This document shows positions 1-14,024 of a stretch of DNA of 64,000 nt, piece by piece (the stretch's first letter is position 1; every line of letters starts with the position of its first letter). The stretch is from Geosiphon pyriformis uo1 (lineage: Eukaryota > Fungi > Glomeromycota). The stretch spans positions 682,001-746,000 of the forward strand of contig JAAOMT010000480.1 in the NCBI GenBank assembly GCA_016748015.1, given 5' to 3'. A model generated the notes under the pieces. That model saw only the letters and a program-made list of their open reading frames with translations. It did no database searches and was not told the origin of the DNA. Position numbers and translations under genes: made by a program.

Positions 1-810
1 ATAGAAACTTGGAATTAGTGGATGCAACAATTTCCAAGAAACTTTTGTTACTTTTATTTGAGACAACACTTGAACATTTAAGACTTGTACATGGATAAAA
101 CAAAACAATTATTTGACACATCAATACTACAACAGCTAGAACAATTTGTGAAAAAAAACAATTTAACTACACAAGTCAGAGCCATTTATTGGCTATACAC
201 CAGATTTCAAGATTGACTAGAAATCTTACTCAATTTAAAAATAGACTCTATTACCATTAACCAAATGAGAAAAATAACCAATGCTCAATTTGAAGACTTA
301 CAGAACAAGATAGCACAAATAATTCTTGAAAAAAAAGTCCAAGAAATACTCAAAGATAAAGAATTAAAATTAGAAGATCTCGACAGAGCTCAATATTAAA
401 AAAAAGAAAATAATATTACTCATAAAATATAGGAAGTATATTAGCATATAAATTAGCCAATCAGAAGTAGCCGTAGTAAATATAGAATTCCAGGATTTCT
501 TTCAGAAAAATCACAAGATTCCTCTCAGAAAAATTACAGGATTCTAAGAATTTCAGGATTCTCATACAAGGAATTACAGGATTTCAATATTCTAGGATTT
601 CTCTCAAAGGAATTGCAGGATTTCAGGAATTCCAAAATTCCTGGTATAAAGAATTAAGGAATTAAGGAATCTTAATTATGTATATATAGTGATAGCATTA
701 GAAGTAAAAAAGACAGATCTCTCCATTTAGATTTGATCTAAGCAATTTTCTACATCATAAATATTAATAAATAATTATTTGATATTTCAATACACTCTTC
801 ACTATTAACA
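1..810 (+). mobile_element. Probable degenerate LTR-retrotransposon 3' end (decayed ORF 1-399, purine tract, LTR-like unit ~439-810)
   Basis: Frame 1 of 1-399 reads as protein with three internal stops explicable as C>T. It is followed by purine-rich AAAATATAGGAAGTA, then a unit starting TATTAG (TGTTAG with G>A) and ending TAACA at 810, with internal TATATATA and AATAAA. No pol domain is visible. Confidence 0.35.
486..672. repeat. Degenerate short tandem repeat (GGAATT/CAGGATT motifs)
   Basis: Recurrent aattncaggatt / aaggaatt units inside the LTR-like segment. Confidence 0.6.
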
Positions 811-1129
811 CTTCATATTAATAGTCTCAAATACTTAACCATGCTGGAACAATAGCTCTTGATTATGGCTATTAATGAAATACTAACTATTATTGTCTTG
901 GCTTATTTCTTTATTTTTTTTTATTTTCTTTTATTATTTTTTTTGTTGTACTAACTAATTAAAGGATTAAAGTGCTGAGTTATTGACATCATAGATAGCC
1001 TGATAAAAGACCCAGAGATAAAAGTAGAATTATATATATATTAACAGATAGCTTAACAGAAGGACATAATTGCCAGATTAAACTGGCCACCATGTTGAAA
1101 ACAGAAATTGGGAAAATAACTTGAGAAAT

Positions 1130-2030
1130 CAATTAAAACCAATTATAGTGAATCTCTGTTCATTATACAAAAAACTTAACTCAAAACCTTTAGATTATGA
1201 AAACCTTCAGATACCAACAACCTTTAGAGATTACTTAATATCATCCATTGAGCACCAAGTTATGAGTTTGTTATTTGATTTAAGACCCCAAATAATTACT
1301 TGTAACAATGTTACTCTGATGATTCCAAGAAATTTTAAAAAAGTAGATGCCCCTCCAAAACTATTAATTCCTGAAAATAATTTTTTAACTATCATGCATT
1401 TTTTTTGAGATGTTTTCTCAGCAATTTTATCTAGCCCAATATCTAAAGCAAAAAATTTGCAAACAAAAACATTGACCAAATTTTTTAAGAGAGAGAGAAG
1501 TTTTAAAAGAGCATTTAAGAGAATATTATCATTATATTATTACCTGAAAAATTAATTTTTTCCAATGGTTTATTTAAAGTCTTCTTGGTTTTAACCCATA
1601 AACTTTTAGGTGTTTAATCAGAATCTTTATTAACATAAGCACTACTTTTCTCATAATCAAAACTGGTTTCTTCTACCAGACATTCTTTCTTCATATTAAT
1701 ACTATCAAACTTAATGATATCACCAGTCTTTGAACTCCATGAATAACCACTCTGCACTTTAGCTAAATTTTTTCTGTTATCAACACCATCTTCTAAAACA
1801 CCATCTTTTCTCTTTTTTCTTGACAAAATGGCCTTAAAACCACCACCAGAACCAGAATTTTTAACAGTCTTTTTCATAACAGCAACACTAAAGTTTACAA
1901 TGGCCTTGTAATCAAGCAAAAATGGTTTAGATTTATCATATTTAATAGTAAAAAACTTCTTGCAAAAAACTTTTTGACTCTTTTTTGGGAATTTGGAACA
2001 AAAGAAAAAAAAACCAGTTACTTTTCGAAT
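1130..2030 (-). mobile_element. 5' fragment of a non-LTR retrotransposon (5' UTR plus start of ORF1), degenerate
   Basis: ORF 1231-1479 (KFFALDIGLDKIAEKTSQKKCMIVKKLFSGINSFGGAST) aligns with ORF1 at 47648 (KLFALDINLSAVKGKSVTAKTQVIKKLFSTINGFGGATT). The upstream T-rich leader resembles the one at ~47365. Confidence 0.8.
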
Positions 2031-2529
2031 TTTTTTTAAATATTATTAGCTAATTAATAATTTAATTTATATAATATACAAAAATAATTAAAAATAATAA
2101 TCAGATTATATAATATATTAAATTATATAATAGTTAAAAATTTATTAAAATAATTAATAGTTTATAAAAATAATTTGTAGTTTGTCAAAATATAGCTTTA
2201 ATTTACTAAAATAATAACAAAAAATAATAACAAAAAAAAATGCTAAATTATAAAATAGCATTATTATAAATTATATAAAAAAAAGCTTTTTTCAAAAAAT
2301 ATATTTTAATTTAAAATTATTTTTTTAATTAGCAATTAATTATTAGAAATTAAAAATAAAATCTATTTTAAAAACTAAACTTTTTTTATAATTATTATTG
2401 TTTTAAAACTTACAAATTTTAATTAATTAATTAATTATTAATTTTAGTAATTACTTGGTTTATTTTAAATTTAAACAAAAAATACTATTTTTTATATATT
2501 TTTTTATTTAAATTTTTTTTAAAAAAAAA

Positions 2530-5500
2530 AGATTTGATCTTTCTCTTGTTAATTCCTTAGTCATAACAAGAGCAAAAATTCATCAAAAATTTAATTAGGC
2601 TTTTTTTCTTTTTTTCTTTGTATTTCTTTAATTGTTTTTTTTAATCTATCTTTTTTTGTTGTAATAGATTTGGTGAATTCTTCTGCTAGTAGTTCTGGTT
2701 TAGATTCAGCTGGTTTGAGAATTCACTTGAATACCAAGAAAAAATGTGTGAAAAGTGTTTACTTCTGTAATGTGTCTTATAAAAAACTGAAAAAGTTTAA
2801 TATGAATATTGGTATAGTTAACTCATTTACTGGCTTTTTAAGTCTTAAAAATATTAGTGTCTCTGATAAGAAGCCTGTGATATCTTAAGATAACAAAGTT
2901 AATAATAAAACTAATAGTGTTATTAGTTTTTCAGACATAAAAAATATGAAAAATATGGTCACTAAAAAAACAAGCTATGTAGATTTGGATAATTTAATAG
3001 TCAAAGATAATATAAATAATACTATGTTATAATAAACTTGTATTTGAACATATGTATTAGATTACCCACTAAAAACTTTTTTATTTGTAGATTTAAGCAA
3101 TGATGATAACATTTTAATGCTTTTATTATTTAAGTTTGGTAATTCTAAGCAATTTCTATTGATTAAATTACATGTTTTGGAAAAATAGAGTTTTAATTTG
3201 GCAAAATTGTTTGCATTAAATATTGAATTATCTGCTGTTCTTAGCAAAACTAATAGTAATAAATTATTATGTGTTAAAAAAATTTTTTATCATGTAGATA
3301 GTTTTGGAGAAGCTTTTATTTTCTCAAAATTTCCAGAAATAATCAGATTTTTTTTTAAATCTGAGTTCAGTTTGAAAAAAACTAAGAAGATGAACATTAG
3401 TAAGAAAATTTTAATTAATAATAATGTAAAAAAACAAATGGCTGCACAGATTAGGAAATAATTATCAAAAAAATCTCAGTAAATCTTCCTAAATTAGCAG
3501 TAAAATTGGTTTTTCCAAATTTGGTAAGATTGTTTCAATTAAATTACAATTGATTGGTCTTTGACAAAAAATTTTGGTGAAATTTAAATTATTAAATGTT
3601 GTTTATTTAGTTGCTTTTAAATAGTCAATTCTTATGGGAAAAAATTCTGTGTATATGGCTTTGGCAATTAATAATAAACAGTTGTAGATATTCAGAAATT
3701 TATATTGGACTTTATTGTATATTTTGCCAATTGACATTACTGCTCATAACTTTTTTGATTTGTTGAAGTTATATAATAAAAAAACTTGTTTTATTGGTTA
3801 CAATCTTAATTCATATGTGCATAATAGATATGCTATGATTTATTTTGTTAATGAAATGTCTAAATTTGCTGCTATTAGTTTTGTGAGTATATATAAAAAA
3901 AGCAAGTACCAATTACTCATTCAGTTTCATTTGGAGACAAAATTTAGACTCAGATTGCTAGTAATTTTACTTTTTGTGTAATGTTCTTGATTTTTTCTGG
4001 TGCTGGTTTATTTTTGGATGCAAAACCTTTTCTGCCAGTTTTTTTAAATGTAAGTAATAGATTTGTTACTCTTGAATGCAGTTTTGTCAGTCTTGTAGAG
4101 CAGATTAATAAGCTGGCTAAGAGATTAGACATATTTAAACCAACAGTTTCTTAGTATAGTTCTAAATATTAGCTGTTGGTGATCCTTTTATCACAGAATC
4201 AAAGGGCAAATATAGTGATAAGTAAGGATTTAGATGTGGCCACTAGTGATAAGACTGTTGTAGAAATGGTGGTTTTTGATCAAATGTTCATTTCAAAGTT
4301 AGAAAAAAATATAAACAATCTGTTAATTATGGTTATAAGCCTAATGACTAAGGTAAACAATTTTAATTTGAGTGTGAAGGATCTTTCTTCTCAATAACAG
4401 ATTTGGTATAGAAATTTGCTATTTATAATGTTAAAAATATTAATATCTTTGCCAAGCAAGAAAACATTGTTTGTTGGCATATAAATTTAAGTAACTTTTT
4501 TTATAATAGAAACAAAGTTGAGATCTAGTATCAAGCCTTAAATTATGAATAAGTTTGAGGGAGTACAAATCTTTACATCTGGTTTAAAAAAAATTTTTTT
4601 TGGTGTTAGAGTAGCCATCATTATGAACAATTTTTTGGCTTATTATATTTCTAAGATAAAAGAAATTTCTAGTTATATTGTCTTAGTATAGCTTTTTTTT
4701 AAAGACAAGCTCTTAATCATAGTTTTGGATTTGTATGCTGATGTTTCTACTGAGATTAAGTTTGGTCAGACTTCAAGAGTCAACTTTTTTATTACCAAAG
4801 CTGTTAACTCTAGCAATTTTGTAGTTTTAGGTAAAAATTTCAACAAAAATGGGTTTAAAAAGAGTGTAAATTTAAAGTTTTGTTTGAATTTGGGTTTTGT
4901 TAACTTATTTAATAAGCATTTATTGGTCAAAGTTTCAATTTAGAACAATTTAAGAAGTGTTAATGAAGTTTTAAATTACATTTTTGTTAGTAAAAGCTTA
5001 TTGTTAATAATTACTAGTTATGAAATTAATTTTGTAACTATATTTTTTGACACTAATTACAAGGCTGTTTTGGTGTTAATTGGTTTAGGTAGACTTTTGG
5101 ATGTTTGTTTAAATAACTTGTACAGACAAGCTAATAAAGATTATTAGAAGTTTAAAATTAAGAATGTGGATAGTACCAAATAGATATAATATAAGAAATG
5201 GTTTTTTGCTAAGTTTTTAATGATAAAAATAAGTTTTCAGATGCTAAAACTTGTGATGATTTAAATACTATATAGATGTTGTTAGAGAAAACAATGATAA
5301 AATTAACTGATAAAATATTTTCAAGACATTGATTTAGTAAATTTCAGTATTCAAAAAACAGGCAGTTTTCTAAGTTTTTTGGGTTGAAATTGTTAATTGC
5401 CAAAATTATTAAGAAGTTAGGCTTAAGTAACATGTTTGTATTCGATTGTCTTATTAAAAAAATTAGTTAATTTTGCATAGAAATAAGACTATTATAGTTG

Positions 5501-8500
5501 TAAATATGGTTTGAGATGGTAAAAAGTCAATAAATATTATCAGATATTTGTTATTAATTTGTAAGTAGTACAGAAAGTTCAAGATATACAAGTCGAAATT
5601 GGTTAAGAAAGCATTTATCAGGAAGACAATTGAGAAATACATGGAAAAATTTAGTTTTAATAAAAGTAGTATGATTAAAAGCATTTTAGATTAACTTTTT
5701 TACAAGATAGTTTTAGATTATTTGATATTAGATAATGAATTGGTTTTAAAATTAAAAAAAGTAAAGCTCAATATCAATATAATTATGGAGGATTAAACAA
5801 GAAAGCAAACTGTGCTTGTAATAATGTCTAATCTTTGGGCTTGTCAATATACATTATTAAATTACATAAAAAATAATGCTTTTTCTGATATAATAAGAGA
5901 AATTGATATAGAAAAATTGTTTTTGGTAATTAATGGTTTGTCTGATAGTAAAGCTGCTGATTTGTCTGATATTCCTAATGAACTTTGAAAACATGGTAAC
6001 AATAGGGTAGTAAGATGTCTTTTGGATTTGTTAAATATATGTTTGTTTATTAGTAGTATGTCTGCTTTGTAGAAAAAAGCTTGAGTTTTAATAATTCCTA
6101 AATCTTATAATTGGAATAAAATTCTTATGAATACTTAACTTATTGTTTTAATTAAAACTGCCAAAAAAATTCTCTCCAAGATTTTATCTGATCAAATTTT
6201 GTTTATATATAGCAAATTTGGTGTTCTTTATAGTAATAATTTTTTAGTTTTAAAGAGTATATTTACTTAATCTTCTGTGTTTACTGTTGGATTAGTGATT
6301 GAAGATGCTCTAAAAAAAATAGAGAACTTTAATTGGTTCTGCAGAATATGTGCAAAGCATATAACTCAATTAATTGGCACTATTTGAGGGCTAGCTTATG
6401 GCAAATTAAAATATGTGATAAGTTTATCAGATTTTTTGGCAATATACATAAAGATAAAGTTAATAAAATAATAACTAATTTTGGTCTTTCAGATGGTTAT
6501 AAAGTACATAATGAATTAGATTAAGGCAAAGTTTTTTTATTCCTTCTTTGAAAGATTTTTTATAATCCACTTTTATATAAAATTAAGAAACATAAACAGT
6601 TATGTAAGTACTAGATTAATATTAAATTTATAACAAAGATTAACAGAATTGAAAACAGTGATAAGATGTCATTTTTTTTTGCAGGTGATACATTTGTTGA
6701 TAACACAATTTGGATTAGAAATAATTAAACTTTTATACAGTATACTTTGAACATTGCTAGTAAGTTTTTTATGATCTATGATATCTTAATCAACAATAAA
6801 AAAATAGTAACTATTGCTATTAATCAAGATGTTTAGGTTGCTTTTTTAAGTATTAGTAATTAGCCAATTGTTATTGTCAAGAAGAGTAAAGTATATAGAT
6901 ATTTGGAAATTTTTTTGTCAACCAAAGAATTATTTAAACCAAGTATAACCAAAACTTATTCTGACATTCAGTTTTTTGTTAATATAGTGTTTAAGAAAAC
7001 TATTATGAATAAGCAGTTTTTTTATTTGGTATTAGCTGTTTTGTAACCCATAATTAATTATAAAACCCAGTTTAGTTTTGTCTTATCAAGTATATATTAC
7101 AAATAAAATATTATGATTAGAAAAGACCTCAAGTTTAAAGCCTATTTGCTCTGTAATTTTCTTAATAAGATCTTTTTTTATATGATTTAAAATCATTTAA
7201 GCAAGTGCAATCTAAAGAAAAATTGGCTGTTTTGGTTTTTTTTTTAATGCTTTAGATATTTTTGAATATTTATTTAATCATAGATTTTTAGATTTGCAAA
7301 TTATAGGTTGGATTTCTCTAAATTCTTTGCAATTTTCTACCAAGTTATATATTAGTTTAGTGAACAATTTTTTGGCTGGAGTGGTAAAAATTTTTTTAGA
7401 CAATAAGTTGTCTTTGTTAAACAATCTTCTTAATGCTTTTTATAGTCTTAATAATTTTCTTATGTCAATAATTTAGAGAAAAATCTTGTATCTTAGTTCT
7501 GTTTATTTCTTAAAGTGCTTTAAAATTGCTTTTGATAATAGGCTTTTTAATAAAAAGAGTAATATAATAAATTGAAAGACTTTTTGTTGATAAAAGAAGT
7601 TAGATCCTAGAAACTTTGTGTCTTATTAATTTAAGCTTACATTAAAGTTTTTACATGATAGAGTTTTTTTGTTAAGTAATCTCACTAAGACTAATTGGTT
7701 ACTAAACTTGAACATTTTGAAATCCAAAAGATTTTCTAATATTTGGGGTGGTTTGCATAAGATTTGGTCTGGCTTATTTGATGTTTATATAAATAATTCA
7801 TTGAAAAATGTTGGCTTTGCTAATGTAGTTAGTAAGATGACTGTGTATTTTTTTGCTATAGATATGGGTGTTGGTATTAAGATACATAGACTTTTGTCTT
7901 TTATTATGGCCAAATTACAGACTGTTGCTTTGTTCTTAAAGTGTGTTCCATTTTTCTGCACAGTAATTTTGCATCTTAATAGTCAAGCTATTATTGATAT
8001 ATGTGTATCTGAAATATTATTTGCTATACCAAACTTTTGTAATCATTATTGAATGGAAAGAAAACATATTGCTAATCTAATTAGAAATAAAAAATTTATT
8101 GTAAACTGGGTAAAAGTTAAAAGTTATTTGGAAATTTCTGGTAATATAAAAACTAATACTATAGTGAGTAAAGCAGCTTATTCTTTTTTTTCTTTGCTTA
8201 TAAAAGTACAGAAACATTTTTTGGTTGCTAAAAACACTGCTATGTCTGACAATATTTGTTATTTTGTTAGAGATTTGTTTAAATCTATTTGTTATACTTA
8301 TTAGAAAGCTAGTTCTGATCATAATGTAATTTTAGATATATTGATTAAAAATGTAGATTAAACTACTATTGTAAAGATGTAACATTCTGACTTGTACATA
8401 CTTTTTGAGTTTATTAGTCAGAAGTCTTCCAATCTGCATATGTATTTGATAAAAGCTGTGCATAAATGACTATTAGTGATAGTTAAGAAGAAATAATATA

Positions 8501-9201
8501 ATAGATAGTATTTTGGTATACTATATTTGCTGTATGTAAAGTGGAATTCTCTAATCATGTTTTTATCTGTGTTTGGAATGTTAATATTCAAAAAAAAATT
8601 TTGACAGATATTTACATATTAGGTTGTCTTGACAAGTGTTTATAATCTGTCTTTTTTTGCTATTTTGCAGACACTTTCTTAGTATTTTTCAGATATAAAC
8701 CTGTATACAGTAGTTTGTAAAAAGTTTGTGTTAAGAGATTAGTATACAGAAACTGTTGGGATTTTTAATAATAAGAAAAAAGCTGTCTTTATTATTATTG
8801 AGCACATAAGACATTTGGTAGAATTATATTGTACTAAAGCATAACTAATAAGATCTAAGTATAGAATGAATATAGAGAAAGCTGGTTTAATTAGAGATAA
8901 TAGTTTAATATTAGAGTTGTCATATAGTGTAAAATCTGTGCTTTTGAATAATATGATTAAGTTGCTTGGTATTATCAAGTCTTTTGCTGTTAGTTTTGGT
9001 TGTTATAAATTGTGTCTTTTTTTTTTAGGGTTAGGTGATAACATGCATGTTTATATAGATATATAGTATTGTTTTGTCTGACTTGAATGGCTAGCCATAT
9101 GTAATAAGTACATAAGTCATATTTAGTTTAAATCTTTTAGTTTGGTTTTATGTACTAAATAGCAATTAGATTTCACTTAATAAATATGTTAATAAAAAAA
9201 A
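2530..9201 (+). mobile_element. Full-length but heavily mutated LINE (copy A): ORF1 ~2670-4397, ORF2 ~4394-9066, 3' UTR, A tail
   Basis: Fragments are collinear with copies C and E: APE (VLGKNFN), RT (QNMCKAYNS, FVDN), RNase H (MAKLQTVAL, WVKVKSY), C-terminus (FGCYKLCLFFLG), the same 3' UTR and an AATAAAAAAAA tail. Many stops; the ORF1 zinc-knuckle segment appears deleted near 3900. Confidence 0.92.
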
Positions 9202-9960
9202 TTCTTTTTTTCATATATTTTTAGGTAATTTATAGTTAAAATTTCTTGTAAAAGAATTAATTTTTACAATAAAATAATTACATATTATTAAAAAGCTAAT
9301 AATTAAAATTTTTTATAAAAAAATTGATTTTTACTACAAAGTAATTAGTATAAAATTGGTTATTTTATTATAAACTTAATAATATAAACAACTTAAAATA
9401 TAAAAAAATACTTTAAAGATAAATTAACTTATTGAAAATATATTAATTTTTATTAATAATAGAATTAATAATAAAATAGCATTAAAATTTTTAATAATAG
9501 CACTAATAAAAATAAATAAATAAACTTTGTTATAAACATTAAAAAATAGTTTATTTTGTTAAAAATCTAAATTAAATATGTTTTTAACTTAGTTATTAGT
9601 TTGTTTAAAAGTTTTAACCAGTTTAAAAACAAATATAAAGCTTATATTATAAATGTTTAAGATTTTAAAGATTTTGAATTAGCTGTAATTAGTTATAAAA
9701 AATTAAAATTTTATAAGAAAACAACAAAAAAATAGATGGTAAAATAAAAAAAATTCTTATTAATAACTAAAACATTAAATTTATTATAATAAATAAATTT
9801 TAAAAACAGATTTAACAATAAAACTTTCAAAAAATAATGAAAAAAACAACAAAATATAAAATTTTTATTTTTTAATTAATTTTGTTATTTTTTTAGTCAA
9901 TATATAATTAACTTTAAAATTAATCTTAAAATATTAATCTTTAATCAAAACTAATAATAC
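9202..9960. other. Extremely AT-rich tract, probably a fully eroded repeat
   Basis: Very low G+C, no ORFs, abrupt return to normal composition near 9960. Similar tracts at 2040-2520, 17690-18130 and 54145-54735. Confidence 0.55.
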
Positions 9961-10573
9961 ATATATTTAATTGAAAATGTCTTCCATTTTGTGGCAAACA
10001 ACATTGTTAATGTGCTTATATATTGAGAATTAAGCAAGAAGTTGTTTTGCTTTGAACTAAAGACACAGGTGTAAAACTTATAGCATTTTGAGAAGTTAGT
10101 TGCAGGTGGAAAGAGAAAAAGGTAGGTATTTATTTTCGCGATTTTGAACCTGATTGATAGGAATTATTAAGCAAATCTTTTTCATCGGTTAAAAATCCCC
10201 GATTTATGGTGCTCCCGAAAGATAAAAATATTTTCTCATAATGTAGCACCGTGTTTTAACTGGGTGTCACTAAGAAACCGGCTTAATTTATTCTGGCGTA
10301 ACAAGCATTTGTTTCACAATGTCACATAAAACCAAATTGGTAGGTCAAATATTCCCCACTAAAGCAATTTTTGGTTGCTTTGAGCTCTTTTTCGGTCCCT
10401 CCTTATCAGTTGCTTATATTTTGATCACATGATAAATATTTTAAATATTTCGAGCGTCCGGGCGTTTTTTCCGCTCTCCATAACAATCAAAACCCTGCTT
10501 TTATTTGAACTTCTGAATCTTGTCGATTTAATATTCGTTCGAGAAAAGATTTTAGTTAGCAAGAAACAAATTC

Positions 10574-12002
10574 ATGTATAGTCAACCACACGGGAGCCTT
10601 CCACCTCACATACAGGGGTCTCCTGGGCAAAATGAATACCACTCCTCCATGCGAGGAGAATATCTTCCATCTCCTGAAGGTTATTATCCAATGCCGCCGC
10701 ATATGACACCACCAATGCACCCTCACTACTATGATTACCCACCTCCCCCACACTATCTTCCTTATCACCCTGGGGCAATAGGTCCACCTATGCCTCACCC
10801 AGATGACTATGATAGAGGTGTTATTCGAAGATACAATGGCGCTAATAACAGTGGAACACCTGCTTCAAGTTCTTCCGTTACGGCGGCTGGAGGTGAAAAA
10901 GGAAAGACATCCAAAGGCAACGGAAGCCCCAGTGCACACAAGTCCAAATTTAGAAAAGACAGGTTTGGCTCGTTTGAAGCACCTGCTGGAAGAGAAGAGG
11001 AAGACCGAAGGTGTGTAAATTTTATTTCTCAATTCTAATAAAATTTTTCTGTTATCAAAAATTACGATTAGTTTTTATTTCAATTTCTTAAATTGAAAGA
11101 TCATATAATCTGAAAGTATGCCAGCAACCTTTAAGAGCCCGTATGTGTGGTTTTGGTGAAAAGGATCGAAGACCCATTGATCCGCCACCAATTGTGCAAC
11201 TCGTAGTGAATGATGAAAAAGGAAGTCCTGATCCAAGGTAGACTTTTGAATAGGGAAATTAAACTAAAATATGTAATATTAACATGGTGTTTATATGAGT
11301 TAACCCACCTTCAGTGGTGGTTTGAGAAATAGCAAAACTGAGCCAAAATTTATTATTTTTTCTCTAATAGTATGCTTCAGAATCCATTTTTTGTCCTTCA
11401 TGTGACTCTTTGGTCTGAGGATGGAAGACAGGAGCGTAATGTAATTAGCAACCCACCAAAAACTACTCGTGTACTTATGGGATCTTTAGTATCATCACCG
11501 GCTCTTCTAAAGAATACTGAAGGAGAACAGGGTTGTTATTTCTGTTTTCCCGATCTTTCTATAAGGACGGAAGGCACATATACTCTTAAATTCTCTTTGA
11601 TGAAGTTGGGAAAGTCAGTATTATCTTAAATTTATCATGCGTTCAACAATAATGTTTGCTTTTCATTAAATCTTAATCACGTCCTCCCATCTCACTTTGA
11701 GCGGTTTTAGTGAGGACCGACTTATCGATACAAAAAGTTGTATTATAGCAACCACCTTCTCTGATCAATTTACAGTTTTTTCTGCCAAAAAATTTCCCGG
11801 AATGACTGGTAGGTGACCTTAAAGAAAAAGGATGAATACGAACAGTTCAAACCAAATAACAAGCTGAACGACCGAATTTTATCATTCTATCTTGAAAGAA
11901 TCTACCGAACTTTCGAAAACCTTTGCAAAACAAGGATTAAAAATTCCAATTCGCAACGACGTTCGGCCCAGAAAAGTTACAGAGGAAGTACCAGCAGTTT
12001 GA
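10574..12002 (+). CDS. Velvet-domain transcription regulator (5 exons; Pro/Tyr/His-rich N-terminus)
   Basis: Spliced translation gives [62 protein letters not shown] and [32 protein letters not shown], all velvet-domain hallmarks. Stop TGA 12000-12002. Subfamily not assignable by eye. Confidence 0.95.
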
Positions 12003-12393
12003 AGACAGACCACACAATTATTGCCTTGTCTCCTCCCCTAGTTTGGAATCTTTATCATCAAGACATTTCAGAACTCATGGATGTTCAGTAAACAGAGGCC
12101 GAATTTTTATTCATTTGTTTCATTTTTTAATCTTTGTATTTTACGAAATTACATGGTTTTTTAAGGAAAGGGTCAGACTTGAGTGGAGTGCTCAACAATT
12201 CTTACAAAAGCTCCTGAAAATAAATATACTCCAAGATGTGAGAGTAAGACGAAAAGAAGCTGCGATGCTATTCTGATTTGTAAATACGTATATTCTGATG
12301 GACAGTGGTTACTTTTCGGGAAAAAAATATCGCTTAAAAACTGATGAAATCTTTGTTGTGAAGAAAATCCAGAAAAGTCTGACTTCATTGAAA

Positions 12394-13816
12394 TTAAGAA
12401 ATCCATGATTTTGGTGTTTTCAAAATCTCCAATAATTTGGCCTCACGGGAATTATCTTCTGGCTTAAAGTCGTACATCCAAGCTGCGGTTAAGGGAAGAC
12501 TGGCCAATATACTCTCAATCCTAGCTCCCGGGGTTTGCAAACCAAATTTTGTTCCTCGGTCCCATATGAGATTGAATTCTACGTAACGCCCTCGGCGCAA
12601 CTGTTGCCACCGTTTTTCATAATTATTATATGGCATATCTTTTCGACGGATCAATATCGGAACATAGGAGGACAAAAACGCGTCACCACATTCTTTGGCA
12701 AACCTAAACAATTCATCAGGTGATTTATCATCCAAATCATCAAAAAATATCCCCCCAACACCGCGTGCCTCCTGCCGATGCTTTATAAAGAAATATTCGT
12801 CGCACCACTTCTTAAATCTGGGATAATAATCTAGATCATGCTTGTCACACGCATTTTTCAACGTCTTGTGAAAATGGATGGCATCCTCCTCGAATAAATA
12901 AGATGGTGTAAGATCAGAGCCACCTCCAAACCACCATACCTTTGGTGTTCCGTCTTCATTAGTGATCTCAAAGTAGCGATAATTTAAATGAATTGTTGGG
13001 GCCATAGGATTGTGCGGATGAAGGACAATTGATATTCCTGCTGCGAAGAATGGAAACGGGCCATGGGCAGGATTGATCTCTTTGTGTCGTGATTTCATTT
13101 GTTCTACTGCAGCCTGTGGTAACTGTCCATATACTACAGATACAAGCACACCAGCCTTCTCGAACACATTACCTTCTTGCAAAACACATGAAACTCCATC
13201 ACCCCCTTCTTTTCGCTTCCAAGTATCTACTTTAAAGCTTTTCCCATCGAGAGCTTCTAACTCAGCGACTATTTTTTTCTGCAAATTTTTCACGTATTGT
13301 TCCATGCGCAAGCGCATTGATGATGAGTCAGTAACTTCTTCCTTCAATTTCTATGAACAAGAAATACAAAATTCATTGGAATAAAATACGAATAAAGTGA
13401 AACCATTTTATCAAATTAATAACATCACTTACTATTCTCCTATCTTCATCTAGAGCATTGCAATGAACTCGAGTCATAAACTTGAATCAAAATTAATGTC
13501 AATATTTGTCGAGTCTGATGGAACGACACGGCCTTTTTTTAATCTTACCGAAGTTTGATTTTCTGATGGTATTTGATTATAAATTATTCCCCCACCCAAT
13601 AGAAACACCCCTAGCGAGACCCAAGCTAGATGGCCACGTTTGGAAAAAACCGGTGTAGAACGAGAGGCCAAATCAAAAATATTTCTCGAGGAAACTACAG
13701 AAATTTTTTACAGTGAGAAATTTTGCTTCAGATAGATTAATCGAATAATATTTTATACCTCTACTATTTAAATGCCTTCCAATAACACTCCATTGCCTTG
13801 ATTTACCAAAATTCAT
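12394..13816 (-). CDS. HEM13: Oxygen-dependent coproporphyrinogen III oxidase with N-terminal presequence (4 exons)
   Basis: Large exon carries VFEKAGV, HPHNPMAPTIHLNYRYFE, WWFGGGSDLTP, RGVGGIFFDD and QQLRRGRYVEFNLIWDRGTKFGL. Three small 5' exons join in frame from ATG 13816 via GT-AG introns. Confidence 0.95.
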
Positions 13817-13994
13817 GATCGATAAGGCACGTTTTTCAACCCAGTTTATAAACTTGTGAAATCCTTTCTCTTCAGAAACGGACAAATTGTGATGTTCAAT
13901 TTCAGATCATAATTTAGCCGTTTTATTTTTAAATATTACCAATAAGCCGTCTAATTGGCCAAAAATTTAACTTTTAGATCTCCCAACTCTTCCC

Positions 13995-14011
13995 TGTCAG
14001 ATATATGTTGT
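13995..14011 (+). promoter_or_regulatory. Candidate cis-element TGTCAGATATATG(T/A)TGT in the HEM13/Mic26-27 divergent promoter
   Basis: 16/17 identical to 25617-25633 in another short divergent promoter. Confidence 0.35.
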
Positions 14012-14024
14012 CAAAAAAACCGTT

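Noticed and set aside
486-672. Short repeats as a possible CRISPR array
   Set aside because: No constant repeat with unique spacers, no cas genes, eukaryotic context.
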